Shown here piece after piece: positions 36,076-48,018 of a DNA stretch of 64,000 nt. The stretch lies in the NCBI GenBank assembly GCA_977017575.1, contig CDRNVI010000163.1, positions 134,518 through 198,517 of the forward strand, in the 5' to 3' direction. Source of the DNA: Paramoeba atlantica (lineage: Eukaryota; Protista; Discosea). Every line of letters starts with the position of its first letter. The first letter of the stretch is position 1. The translations under genes and the position numbers were made by a program. The notes beneath the pieces were generated by a model. The model saw nothing but the letters and a program-made list of their open reading frames with translations, did no database searches and was not told where the DNA came from.

Positions 36076-36248
36076 AATTTCCCCTTTATTAAAAAATCGA
36101 GAAAACTATTTCTCTTGATCAAATGTCTTTTTGGAAATTTCTGTTTCCGTTTTGAACAAACTGAACCGTTGTGAACTTCAAAAGTGGAAGAAGAAAGAAA
36201 GGCGAAAGGAAGAAAAGAAAAACGGCGGTCGAGTCGGAGAGAAAAAAA

Positions 36249-36342
36249 CGACTGAGTCATTATTGTTTTTTAGACCGTTTATTTGACTCAGTCAATCTTT
36301 TTTAATACTAAGAAAAAAATTCCCCGAAAAATGACTGAGTCA
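36249..36342. promoter_or_regulatory. Three copies of the palindromic TGACT(C/G)AGTCA motif in a divergent promoter
   Basis: CGACTGAGTCA at 36249, TGACTCAGTCA at 36284 and TGACTGAGTCA at 36332, between the start codons at 36075 (-) and 36436 (+). Confidence 0.6.
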
Positions 36343-36435
36343 CACAAAAAAGATTCTTCTTTCATCCAAACGACGTAGACAAAGAAAGAAACAAAGGAGA
36401 GAGAGGGTGGGGTGAGAGAAAGAAATAAGAAAGCA

Positions 36436-37641
36436 ATGATGTTTGAAGGATTTCTTCAGCATATGTACAAGAGTGTTGAAGTTGATTGTGATCAGGATGG
36501 GCCTTTTGATTCACTTCAAAAGGAAGCTGTTCTTCGTGTGATTGGAGAAACAGTTGGGGCTGCTTGTTTTTTTGCTGGGATCCAGTGGGCAAGCAAATCT
36601 CTGATTAAAAATCACCTTCCTTCTTTCCTCAAGGTTTGTTGTCCAAAATGATTCCTCAAAAAAGAGAAAAGAAAAAAGGAATTGGAATGAAACGAAAAAC
36701 AAAGGGGAAATGGTGTGGAATCTTTCCTTTTTTCTTTTTTTCAATTTTTCAAACCAAAATTTATCCATCAGATGAAAAAGTCAAGTTTGACACAATTGCC
36801 CTCTTATGTGACTTCAACGGTTCATGCAGCAGGAATTGGACTTTGGTCAATCTACAAAGTTTTTTTTTTCTTTTATTTATTTGCTGCTTTCCTCTTTTTG
36901 AACAAAATTGGGACAGATTCGATACTTGAAAGAAGGGGGAAAAGAAATTCTTCCTTTTACTTTCGGATATTTCTGGAATGATTTCATTCAAGAAAGTTAT
37001 TTTTTCTCAATTTTTTTTCAAATGATTTTTTTTTGGAAAATTTGTTGAGGGATGTTCTTTTTCTAAATTCTTTCGATTCATAATAATATGTTTTTTTAGC
37101 TCTTAGTGGAAGCAATAATCCGTCCAATTATTTGCACCATCTCACCGGAATTGCTCTACTCTCTACTGCATTAAATGTAAGCTTTTTTCTCTTCTTTTCT
37201 CTCTCTTTTCTCTCTGTTTTTCTTCCTGTTTTTCCCTTTTTTTTTTCTCTCTGAAGTTTTTTTGGGATTTCTTTTTAGGCTGATAGAGCGATTGAACCAT
37301 TTTTTTCTCAAGTCTATTTGATTGAACTTTCGACCCCCTTCTTGAACGCTCTTTGGATGGCTCGGAATCTCAAAAATCCCAATGGAACATTCACAAGAGC
37401 CTCATTCATCCTCTTCGCAACAACATTTTTCTTGTTGAGAATTGTCTATTTCCCTTTTGTGTTGTTTTTTTTGTTACCTTCACAAAAGAGGGCTTACCGA
37501 TGGATGGGGAATTGGGGGCGAATGTATGGAATGTACACTTTGCTGGGTCTGCAAATATTTTGGTTTTTCAAAATTATTCGAATGTCATGGAGGAAGTTTA
37601 TCTCCATCGCTCCCATAAAAAAACAAATCTCTCGTGTATAG
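36436..37641 (+). CDS. TLC (TRAM/LAG1/CLN8) domain membrane protein
   Basis: SYVTSTVHA, NYLHHLTG, YLIELSTPFLNALW and FFLLRIVYFP motifs across GT-AG exons. Confidence 0.85.
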
Positions 37642-37829
37642 AGATTTTTGAAGGTGGAATGGAGACAAATTAAAGAGACTTTTCGTTTTTGGTGCCTTGC
37701 CCAAAGAGATTTTCAGACTGAAGATGAAGGTGGAAGATGGAGAAAAAGAACTTTTTATTTTAAAAAAGATAATTTTTTTTGTAGAATTTTAGTTGTTTTC
37801 TTATTGAATCTTAGAGGAGGTCGAGACAA

Positions 37830-37864
37830 AGGTCGAGACACGACGCAGCGTCGTGTCTCGACCT
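37830..37864. promoter_or_regulatory. Perfect 17-bp inverted repeat with 1-nt spacer upstream of the RasGEF gene
   Basis: AGGTCGAGACACGACGC-A-GCGTCGTGTCTCGACCT. Confidence 0.6.
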
Positions 37865-37988
37865 CTTCACGAAAAGGCACGGAAGGGGACACCTTTTGGA
37901 GACACCTTTCTCTTTTTTTGTGTCTTTTTTTGGTTAGACCTTTTAAAAAGTTTTGCTTTGCACGGTTCGATGGTTGTTCGTTGTCCAA

Positions 37989-40900
37989 ATGTTCCACAAT
38001 ATTAACGATGAGGTAAAATGAGGGCCCCAATTTCTTTTTATTTTTTTGAGAGAGGATTTGTTTTTTTCATTTTTTCTGATCATTTGTTTTGAAGGATTCG
38101 GCAAAGTACAAACGCCGAGCTCGAATCCTCCAGAGGTCTGTTTCCTCACCACACCACGCTAACCTTGAAGAAGAAGCGTTGAGAAGCAACCAAAAAGTGG
38201 CGAGCTCTCGACTTGGAATGTTGCAATCTGTTGATGAGAGTCATAAGACAGAGAAGATAGAGAAAGAAGAGAACCCCCCTGAGAGTCCAAAATCGTGGAG
38301 CGTGAATAGTTTCCCCGCACCTTCAAGTCCTCGAAATCACCGTCCATCACTGAGCCCAAGAAAAGGGCCAAGTCCTTCTTTTTCTTCTTCTTCTTCAAGT
38401 GAAACAACAACAACTGGTGAAGAAGTTCGTCTCTTTCCTTTGGGGAATGTGAATAGTGAGTCGACTGGACCAAAGCTGAGCCCGAGGGAGAGTGGGGAAG
38501 AGAGTGGTGGTGGGAATGATAAATACAGTACAAAGAATGGAAATTGTATCAAGATTAATACAATCATTCCAAGTAACGCAAATGGTGAAAGTGATACAAC
38601 AAGGAAAACAAGTAATGGTGGTGGTGGTGGTGGTGGTGGTAGTGGTTGGACAACTGGTTCGAGCGGTGAAGGTTGGAGTACCTCCAAGGTGTTTGCTAAA
38701 AAGAGCGAGGTTTTAATTGATGAGAGTGGAATGGTTTGGAATTGATTTTGTTTTTTTTTTGTTTTTTTTTGTTTTTTGTTTTCTCTCTCTCTCTCTCTCT
38801 CTCTGTTGTTTTAACCCTTTATACTTTTTTTTTCTGAACTTACAATTTTATTCAGATAACTGCAGGAAGTGTTGAAGGATTGGTGATGATTCTCATGGAA
38901 CATCCAAATGCTGTGAATCGTTTTGCCGATATTGGTATTTCATTCTCTTTTTTTTTCTTTTCTCTTTTTTAAAGAATAGGCTCAAACGATGAGAGTTTTA
39001 AATGTCTTTATTTTTTTTTTCAATTTGTTGATCTCTTTCAATTTGAACAGACATATTTTTATTGAACTATTTATCATTCACAACTGTGACTTCGCTCCTT
39101 TCAATTGTCCAACAACTTTTAAAAAGTCGCTTTTCTTGGGCGAAGGTATCTTTTTCTTGACTTTTAGGAGAGGGAAGAAGGAAAGATAAAAAAATGAACA
39201 ATTTTTTCGAGAGAAAAAAAGAAAGAAAAGAAATCTCAGAATAGAGAAAAAAAGAGTTTTTATTTTTTGAGAGTGATTTTCAAATTCTTTTCTTGTAGGG
39301 TGATCCGATCAAGGCTGATGCGTTGGCTCTTCGTCTTTGTAGTTTTTGTAAACTTTGGATTACTCGTTCAGCAGAGGTTTTTTCATTCTTACCTCTCTCT
39401 TTTCTCTCTCTTTTCTCTCTCTTTTCTCTTTTTTCTCTTTTTTCATTTTTTTTCTTCTTTTTTTGTTTATAAACCCTTTCTGAGCCCTCCAAACAGACAG
39501 ATTTCACTTTAGATGAAATGACACAAACAGAAAAATTCATTACTGAAGAAGTATTGAGTGGCCAAGAAGGAGTCACAGGCGCTCCAGCTCGCGCGATGAC
39601 CTCAGTCTTAACCAAACTCCAAAGTATCAAGGCAAAAAAACAACAGCAAGAAAGAGAAGAAAAAAAGAAAGAGGGAGGAGGAGAAGAAGAAGAAGAAGAA
39701 AAGAAAGGGCAGGGAGTAATTGAAGGGAAATTAGACGAATCAAATTTTATGATTTCTCAAGTTGTACCAATTGAAAGTCCAAGAAAATGGGGAGCGGGGG
39801 CTGCTGTGGCTTTATTAGGATTGCCAGTAAAAGAAACAGCTGAAAAATTGTGTTTGATTATGCAAAGGTATTTTGCTGCGATTCGCCCTAAAGAGCTTGC
39901 TCGTTGTGCTTGGATGAAAAATCGAGATCAGTCTTCTCCGAATGTTGCGAAGGTTTTTTTTGATTTTGGTGAATGTAAAATTGAGGAGGGAAGAAAAAAA
40001 TGAGAAAATGAAAGAGGGAAGAAAAAAGAGGAAAAGAGAGTTAAAAAAGAAAAATCTTCAACCAATTCAAAAACTAATTTTGCACAAAAAAAAAAATAGG
40101 TGATCGATTTCTTCAATTTAGGAACAAACTGGATTATGACAGAGATTTTATCACATATTCATGATGTGAGTGCTCGTGTTCAGACAATAGAGAAATCTAT
40201 TCATTTGATGAGTACTCTCTTTCGTTTGAATAATTTTCAAGGGACGTTGATGGTTTTGTCTGCGTTGGCACACAGGTGATTTTTTTTTAATATTTTTTTT
40301 TTAAATTTCCTCTTTTTTTTTCAATCTATTTTTAGTTTTTTTCATTTCATTTATACTTTTTAATCTTGGCAAACAGTTCTATTTATCGATTGAAAGCATC
40401 TTGGGCTCGTGTTTCAAAGGATAGAATGGCTGAACTTGAAAGTATGAAAGCTCTCTTTTCCCCCAATCGAAATTGGAATGCTTATCGCCAGGTCTCTGTT
40501 ATTTCTTTAAAAAATCCTTTTTTTTTTCTGGGAATTTTTGTCCCTTTTTTTGACGATTCATTTTCTTTCTTTTTAACAATCAAAAATGAAAAGGCTCTGG
40601 GAGAGTGTCAACCACCCTCAGTACCGTACTTAGGAGTTTACCTTTCTGATTTAGTTTTTATTGAAGACGGAAACCCTGATACAATCTCTCCCCCCAATCA
40701 AGAACAGCAACCCCAACCTTCCCCACCTACTTCCTCTCCTCTTTCTTCTCTTGGTTCAAATCGATCGCATGCAGAAACCTCAATATCTCCTTCCCCTTCC
40801 TTCCCTCCTTCTTCTGCTGTCTCTCCACGTCCAAAGACAACAATTGATTCACAGATTAGAAAACTACACTCTCCCACCCATCCTCCTAGTGGAAGGGGAA

Positions 40901-43900
40901 TTTCGCCCCGCCATGGCGATACTCATGCACAATCAATCTCTCCAAGATTTAGGGATGAGTCACCACTTCAAAGTGCTTCCTCTCCCATTATTTCTCCAAC
41001 TCTGGAATTTACTTCTTGTTCTCCAAATCGCATAACTGACAGCGATGGGGAAGGGAAAGATGATCCACTGAATGAGGAAGCTGGGTCTCCAACACATTCG
41101 TTTCTTTCACATTTAGGATCACGTTCAAGTAGCAAATTTGGCCATCGGTCGAGATCCTCCACTTCTATTGACACACCCAATGGATCCACTTCTCCTTTTT
41201 CTTTAACATCGTCAACAAAATTATCTACCTCCCCCTCTGATTTCTCCAAACGCGTTTCCCAATCTCTCCGATCCTCTCGTTCTTCTTGCTCTCCACGTTC
41301 CTCTCGTTCTCCCAGCCGTTCTTGTTCTTCTCGTTCTTCCTCTAGTTCTTCCTCTCGTTCCTCTCGTTCCTCTCGTTCCTCTCGTTCCTCCCATTCTCCC
41401 ACCCGTTCCTCTCCTCAACCTTCCCTCGAAATTGAGAGTCCTCCCACTTTTTTTGAGAAAAGGATCGCAACAATACAATCACCAAGACAGCAGCAAGAAC
41501 AACAGGAACAGGAGGAACAGGAGGAACAGGAGGAACAACAGGAACAAGAGAAACAGGAGGAACAACAGGAACAGGAGGAGAAGCAGGAACAAGAGAAACA
41601 GGAGAAACAGCAGGAACAAGAGAAACAAGAGAAACAAGAGAAAGAACAGGAACAGCAGAAACAAGAGAAACAGGAGAAACAACAGGAACAAGAGAAACAG
41701 GAGGAACAACAGGAACAGCAGAAACAACAGGAACAGGAGAAACAACAACAGGAACAAGAGAAACAAGGGGAGCAAGAGAAACAAGAGAAACAACAGGAAC
41801 AGCAGAAACAAGAGAAACAGGAGAAACAACCAGAACAGCAGGAGCATCAACAGAAGGCATATTCATTGAAACTTCGTCTTCGGTCTCCTTTTTCAACATC
41901 TAAATCTTCTTCGTCTTCGAAAGAGAAGACACCAGTTCCACTTTCTCCTGAGAGATACCGCCCTTTTGGGGGGGAATCTCCTGTTCTTGTTAGTCTGAAA
42001 AGTATCTCTTCGAAGGGTTCAATTGTTTCTCCAAGGGTTTCTCCAAGGAGAGGTGAGGGAACTGGGCGAGTGACTCCTTTTCAACTCTCTCCGGCTGTGA
42101 GTTCTTCCTTTCCTTCTTCCTCTTCTTCTTCCTCCTCCTCCTCCTCCTCCTCCTCCTCCTCCTCCTCCTCCTCCTCCTCCTCCTCCCCCTCTTCCTCTTC
42201 CTCTACCTCTCCCTCTCTGGCTCTCTTTTTCCCAGATCGTACCTCTCCATCTTCTCCCTCCTCTCCTTCCACGACTTATCCTCCTCCTTCTCCTTCTCTG
42301 CTTTGCTCTCCTTCATTGCCAGACACATATGCACTTGATAAACTTCTTTTTTCTCCCCCTCCTTCTTCTCCCCCTCCTCCCCCTTCTCCTTTTTCTTCTC
42401 CCTCTTCTTCTCCCTCATCTCTCTCTTGTTCTCCTAGTACTCCCTCTCTTCCCCCATCTTCTCTTTCTCTCTCTCCTCTCTCAAATGCTAATCATTCTGT
42501 TTTTTGCGCATCTCCTCGAGCTCGTTCGGCTGGTCGTGCTTTTCTTTCTCAGTCTCGCCATGGTGTTCGTTCTGGTGTTCGTCCTTCTTCTTCGCCTTCC
42601 TCTCCCCCTTCCTCTCCCCCTTCCTCTACTGCAAAGCCTTTAAATTTAGATTGGATCTCAACATCAGCAACATCACCAACCCGAACAACATCAGCAACAT
42701 CACCAACCCGAACAACATCAGGAACATCACCAACCCGAACAACATCAGGAACATCACCAACCCGAACAACATCAGGAACATCACCAACCCGAACAACAAC
42801 ATCACCAACATCACCAACCCGAACAACAACATCAACAACACCACCACCATCACTAACCCCAACAAGAACAACAATACCTTCAACGGCAACAACACCACCA
42901 ACACCAACACCAACACCAACGACACCAACGACACCAACGACACCAACACCAACGACACCAACACCAACAATACCAACAACGCCAAAAACACCAACAATGC
43001 CAAAAACACCAACAACAACAACCTCGAACCTAGTCTATATCAATTTTACAAAATGGAGAGTATGGGGAAAAGTGCTCTTGGACATGAAAGTTTTTCAAAG
43101 TACGCTCTATCAAATGGATGCCACAATGGAAAGTGCACTTGAGTTTCTTGATGCTTTGTCGAGCGCGAAGTTGTTATCAAATGATGAGTCTTTTGAGGTT
43201 TTTTTAAATTTTTTTTCTTTATTTCTTTATTTCTTTATTTCTTTATTTCTTTATTTCTTTATTTCTTTATTTCTTTATTTCTTTATTTAAGATTGGTCTT
43301 GATATTAAAACTAACGAACTTTTCTCTTTTTACAACAGAGATCACTTGTCGTAGAACCACGAGCGCCCAAACCCCTCCCACCAGAAAAAGATGAAAAAGA
43401 AGAGAAAAAAGAAGAGAAAAAAGAAGAGAAAAAGGAAGAGAGAAAAGACAAAAAATTCGTATTCAAAAAAGAAAGAGTAGTTAAGAGTCCAAGAATACGA
43501 TGCTCTACTCGATATTACAATCTTTCGAAAGATCGTCCTCACCCTTCTCCAGGAATCCCTTTTTTCGATTCAGAGGGAGAGTTAGTAGCAGAATTAGATG
43601 ATCTTGATTTTCCCCTTGGTGAAGAGATTGGGGAAGAAAAATCTGCTTCTTTCCCCCCTCCTTTCTCTTTTTCTCTTCCCTCCTCCACTTCTTCTTCTCT
43701 TCCTTCCACCACTTCTTCTGCTCTTTCTCGCCCGTTAAGAGAATTTTCTTTCAGAGAAGAAGAGCTTCTGAGTGTCACTCTAGGAGGAGAAGAGAAAGAA
43801 AGAGAAAAAGAAAGAGAGAATGAAAGAGAGAATGAAAGAGAGAATGAAAGAGAAGATGAAGCAGAAAAAGAGAAAGATCAACAACAAAAACCATCCAAAG

Positions 43901-46900
43901 TAGTACACAGAAAAACATCATCAGGAGGATCTTCTTCTTTCTTTATCAGTTCAGGCTCTCAAAAGAGAACCAGAACAAGATCAAAGAAAGAGAAGAAACT
44001 TGAGGAGAAAAAAGAGTGGGAAGATGAAGGAGAGAAAGGAGAGAAAGGAGAGAAACCCCCCCGTGTTTCTCCTACAGAAGAGGGGCAGAAAAAAAGGTTT
44101 GGTTTTCGAAGACATAACACAAAAGAAAGAGAAGAAAAAAAGTCAATCTCTGTTGGTCAAACCATTCGATCTCCCACATCCTCTTCCTCTTCTTGCTCCT
44201 CCTCCTCCTCTTCTTCTTTTTCTTCTTCTTATATTGGGCTCGCAAATTCCCCTCCTCTGTCACCTCCTTTGTCTCCACAAAGCAAACCTCTTCCCTCTCG
44301 AATCCCAACAGCAACATCTCCTGTCCCTCTCTCTTTCCTCCCTTCTCCTCCCTCTCCCTCTTCTCGTTTTCGGTCTCCTCTTTCTTTCCGTTCTCTTTCT
44401 CCTCTTCCTGAGCAACAGACACAACAACATAATTCTACTATCTTCCCTCGTTCTCCAGTTTTTAGGGAGAACAAGAGAGAGAAGAGAGAGAAAGCAATTT
44501 CTTTTATGTTGGGTGATACTTCTGATAGTCATTATTCTCAGAGTCATTATTCTCTTTCCGCTCCTCTCCATTCTCAGGTTGGTTTATCTGATTTTTGGTT
44601 ATCTTATTTCTCTTCCCCCTCTCTTTTCTCTTCCCCTTCCCTCAAATTTCTTCTCTTACTCTCTTGTTAGGTTTCACCTTTGGGAGGTCATAGAAGAAGA
44701 CAACAACAACAATTATCACCATCAACATCGGCACGTTCACAAGTTCGATCAGTGCAGACACGTCCACAATCAACTCACCAATCAAAACCCATCTCAAAGT
44801 CACCACAACCACATCGTCAATCTCTTGAATCGTCACACCCGCAATGTCCGGCCTGTCAAACAAATCAAAAATCAAAAAAGAAGAAAAGAAATATTTTTCA
44901 GGAATTTCCATCTTTTTATTCTGTTCCTTTTGAGATGTTGAGTCCTTCTTTGCTTGGACTTTTTTCAACAAATACTTTGTTTGGGGCTTTACTTTTGTCT
45001 CATTGTGTCAGGTTTTTTTTTTGTCTTTTAATCTTTTTTTCTTTTTATTATTTGATTTAATTTTTTGAAACTCAATTTTATTTGATTCTCTTTTGTTTTT
45101 CTTTTTGACCGTGTTTTCAGGTGTATCTGTCAAGCAAGTTTAATTAAGTTGGAAGCGAAGGAGGTTTTAATTTGCTCTTATTATTTCTTTTCTTACTTTT
45201 TCCTTTGTTATTTTGGTGGCTTTTTTTTCATTCACTTTATTCACATTTTTCCTCCAAAAACAGAAACAAACCTCATTTTGTATCCAATCACATTGTCAAT
45301 CCCACCCCCTCGATCACTTCTTTCTCGCACTCCTTTCTCGCCTCCCCCATATCCCAAATTCCAAACCCCCTCCATCTCCCTCTCCTTCTTTCACTCCTTC
45401 TTCTCCTCAGCTCTCTCACCACTTTCTTCGACAACAATTGTTCGAAAAATGTTCTCTTCTTCTTGAAGGGCTGAAAGAGTGCGAAATTCCTTCTTCAAAG
45501 GAGAAAAAATCTCGTCGGAGTCGATCTTTCACGTCACTTAACCGTCCAATTGACCTTTCTGCTTCTCCTCCTTCTCCTGTTTCTTCTCTGAGATTAGAAA
45601 TAAGTTCTATCATTTCTCTCACGCAACAGTATTGCAATCGAGTTGCCAGCGGATATCTTCGCCTCTCAAATGAGAGGAGAAATTCTCGTCTCGAAGCTGA
45701 GATGCTCCTACGAGAAAAATCTACACCTCTGAGAGGAGAAGGAGAAGAGAGCGGAAGTAGAGAGGGGAAAAAGGGAGAAGGAGGGAGATCTGGAAGGAAA
45801 GGGAGAGAAAAGGGAGAGAGAAAGAAGAGAAAACAATATAAAAAGGGACGATCTGCTGTTATCGAGGAAGATTTTTTCGAGTCTCTCGCAAAAAATTCCT
45901 CTTTTGATGCAATTCCTTCAGAGCATGGGGGGGGGAAAGAGAAAGACAAAGAGAAAGAGAAAGAGAAAGAAAAGGAGGACGAAAAGGACAAAGAAAAAGA
46001 CAAGGAAAAAGAGGGAGGGGAGGAGAAAGGAGAGAAAGGAGAGAAAAGAGAGAAAGGAGAGAAAGGAGAGAAAAGAGAGAAAAGAGAGAAAAGAGAGAAA
46101 AAAGAGAAAGAAGAGAAGGGTGAGAAGGGTGAGAAGGGTGAGAAGGGTGAGAAAGGTGAGAAGGGAGAGAAGGGAGAGAGAGAGGGAGAAGAGAAATGGG
46201 AAAAAATTTTGAGTCCTCAAAGAGAGAGCGGGGGAGAAGTGAAAGGGCTTCCAGGACATGCCGTGAGTGATTTTTTGGCTGTGGGAGAAATTCTTGATTC
46301 TCTTTCTTTTTCTGTTTCTAAATTTGATCCTTTTTCTTCTTCTTCTTCTTCTTCTTCCCCCTCTTCTTCCTCTTCTCATTCTGTTTCTTTCTCCTCTTCC
46401 CCCACTCACTCCCCTTCTTCCCCTCCCATTTCTCCCAAACGCTCTCTTACCTCAAACGACACAAACAAATCCTCTATTCTCTCTCTCTCTTTTGATATCG
46501 TGGAAATTGTATCTTCTTTTTTTCATTTTTGGAAAAAGAAAATTCCTTTGCATTCTTTGGTTCCTGAGATGGTTTGTGTTTGTACTGTTGAGTTGTTTTG
46601 TTCGGTCAATGCACTTCTTCTTCCACAAAAGTGAGTAGTTTTTCTTCTTTCTCTCTCTTTGATTTTGTTTTATTCTGTTCTATTTTCTTCCTTTGAAAGT
46701 CTTTCTCTTTTTCTCTTTTTCTCTTTCTCACACTCTCTCTTCCCAGATCACCCTCGCAACTCGCAACAAGAAAAGAAGAATTTACGACAAAAAAAGAAAA
46801 ACTCCAAAAAACAATCACCTCATATCTTTACACCACTTGTCCTCTTCTTCTTCCCTCTCTCCACTCTCTTGAAGGGGAAATCACTGCTTCTTCTTCTTCC

Positions 46901-47917
46901 TCTTCCTTCTCTTCTTTCTCTTCTCCTTCTTTCTCTCCTCCTTCTTTCTCTCCCTTGCTTTCTCTTTCTTCTCCTCCTCGAGATCCTCTCTCTGATTTCT
47001 TTCTCTCTATTAATGAAGACCTTTTGGGGATGCTGAAAGAAGATAAAGAGAGAGGAGAGAGAGGAAGGATTGGGCGTGGGCCACTCGAAAAAATCGTTCG
47101 TGAAATGATTCAATCTCTTCTGTCTATTCTTGACGAAAGGAGAGAGGGAAAGGAAGAAGAGAAAGAGGCGAAAGAAGTGAAAAAAGAAAAAGAAGAAGAG
47201 GGGAAAGAAGAAGAGAAGAAAGAAGAAAATGAGGAAAGAGAGAAGAAAGAGGAGAGAGAGGAAAAGGAGGATAAAGGAGAAGGAGAGGATGGAGAGGATG
47301 GAGAAGAGAGAGAAGAATTAATTGATAAAGAGAAAGAAGAAATTAGAGAAGGAAATGATAAGTACAGAAATATTTTGGATTGGATTGTCAATAGTAGAAT
47401 AGGAGCTCCGCAAGTCGAAGAAGGCATTGAGAAAAGAAAAGAGAAAGAAAGGGAAGGAGAAGAGAGAAAAGAAAAAGAAAGAGAAGGAATTGCTGAATTA
47501 TTATTCGGAATTTGGATGTTTTTTCCTGCTCTTTTTGTTGAATTATTTCACAATTCTTCTTCCTCTCATTCTCTCTCTTCTTCTTTTCGTATTAGTGGAG
47601 CAGTTTGTCTTATGGCTCTTCAGTGTGCGCTCTCTTCTCTTGATAGCTTTTTCGCTGTTTCTGCGAGTTGTTCTCCTCTTACTTTAGAGAAAAAGGAGGG
47701 AGAAAAAGGAAACGAAGGAAGAAAGGAAGAAAAAGAAAAAAAGGAAGAAAAGGAAGAAAAGGAAGAGGATGAAGTTAAGGGAGAGAAAGAAGATAAAGAA
47801 ACAGAAACAAAAAAAGAAACAGAAGAGAATGGTCCCCTGTCTTCTCCACAAATTTGTCTCCAAGCACTAATCAGTTTTGAAGCGGTTCGTTTGTTATTGA
47901 GCCAAAATACGCCATAA
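37989..47917 (+). CDS. Very large RasGEF (REM + CDC25 domain) with long low-complexity insertions and an unknown C-terminal helical region
   Basis: REM: ITAGSVEGLVMIL, FLLNYLSFTT, LRLCSFCKLWI. CDC25: TAEKLCLIMQRYFAAIRPKEL, FFNLGTNWIMTEIL, RLNNFQGTLMVLSAL, PSVPYLGVYLSDLVFIEDGNPD, YINFTKWR. In-frame GT-AG links continue through the 45121, 45264 and 46748 exons to the stop at 47917, so the 3' part may instead be a separate gene. Confidence 0.8.
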
Positions 47918-48018
47918 AATCCCAAAAAAGAAAAATTGAAATAAATCATCATTTTTTTTAGAAAAAACACACCTTTTATTTCAAGAAAAAAAGCACAAAA
48001 GAAAAACACTCAAGGAAA

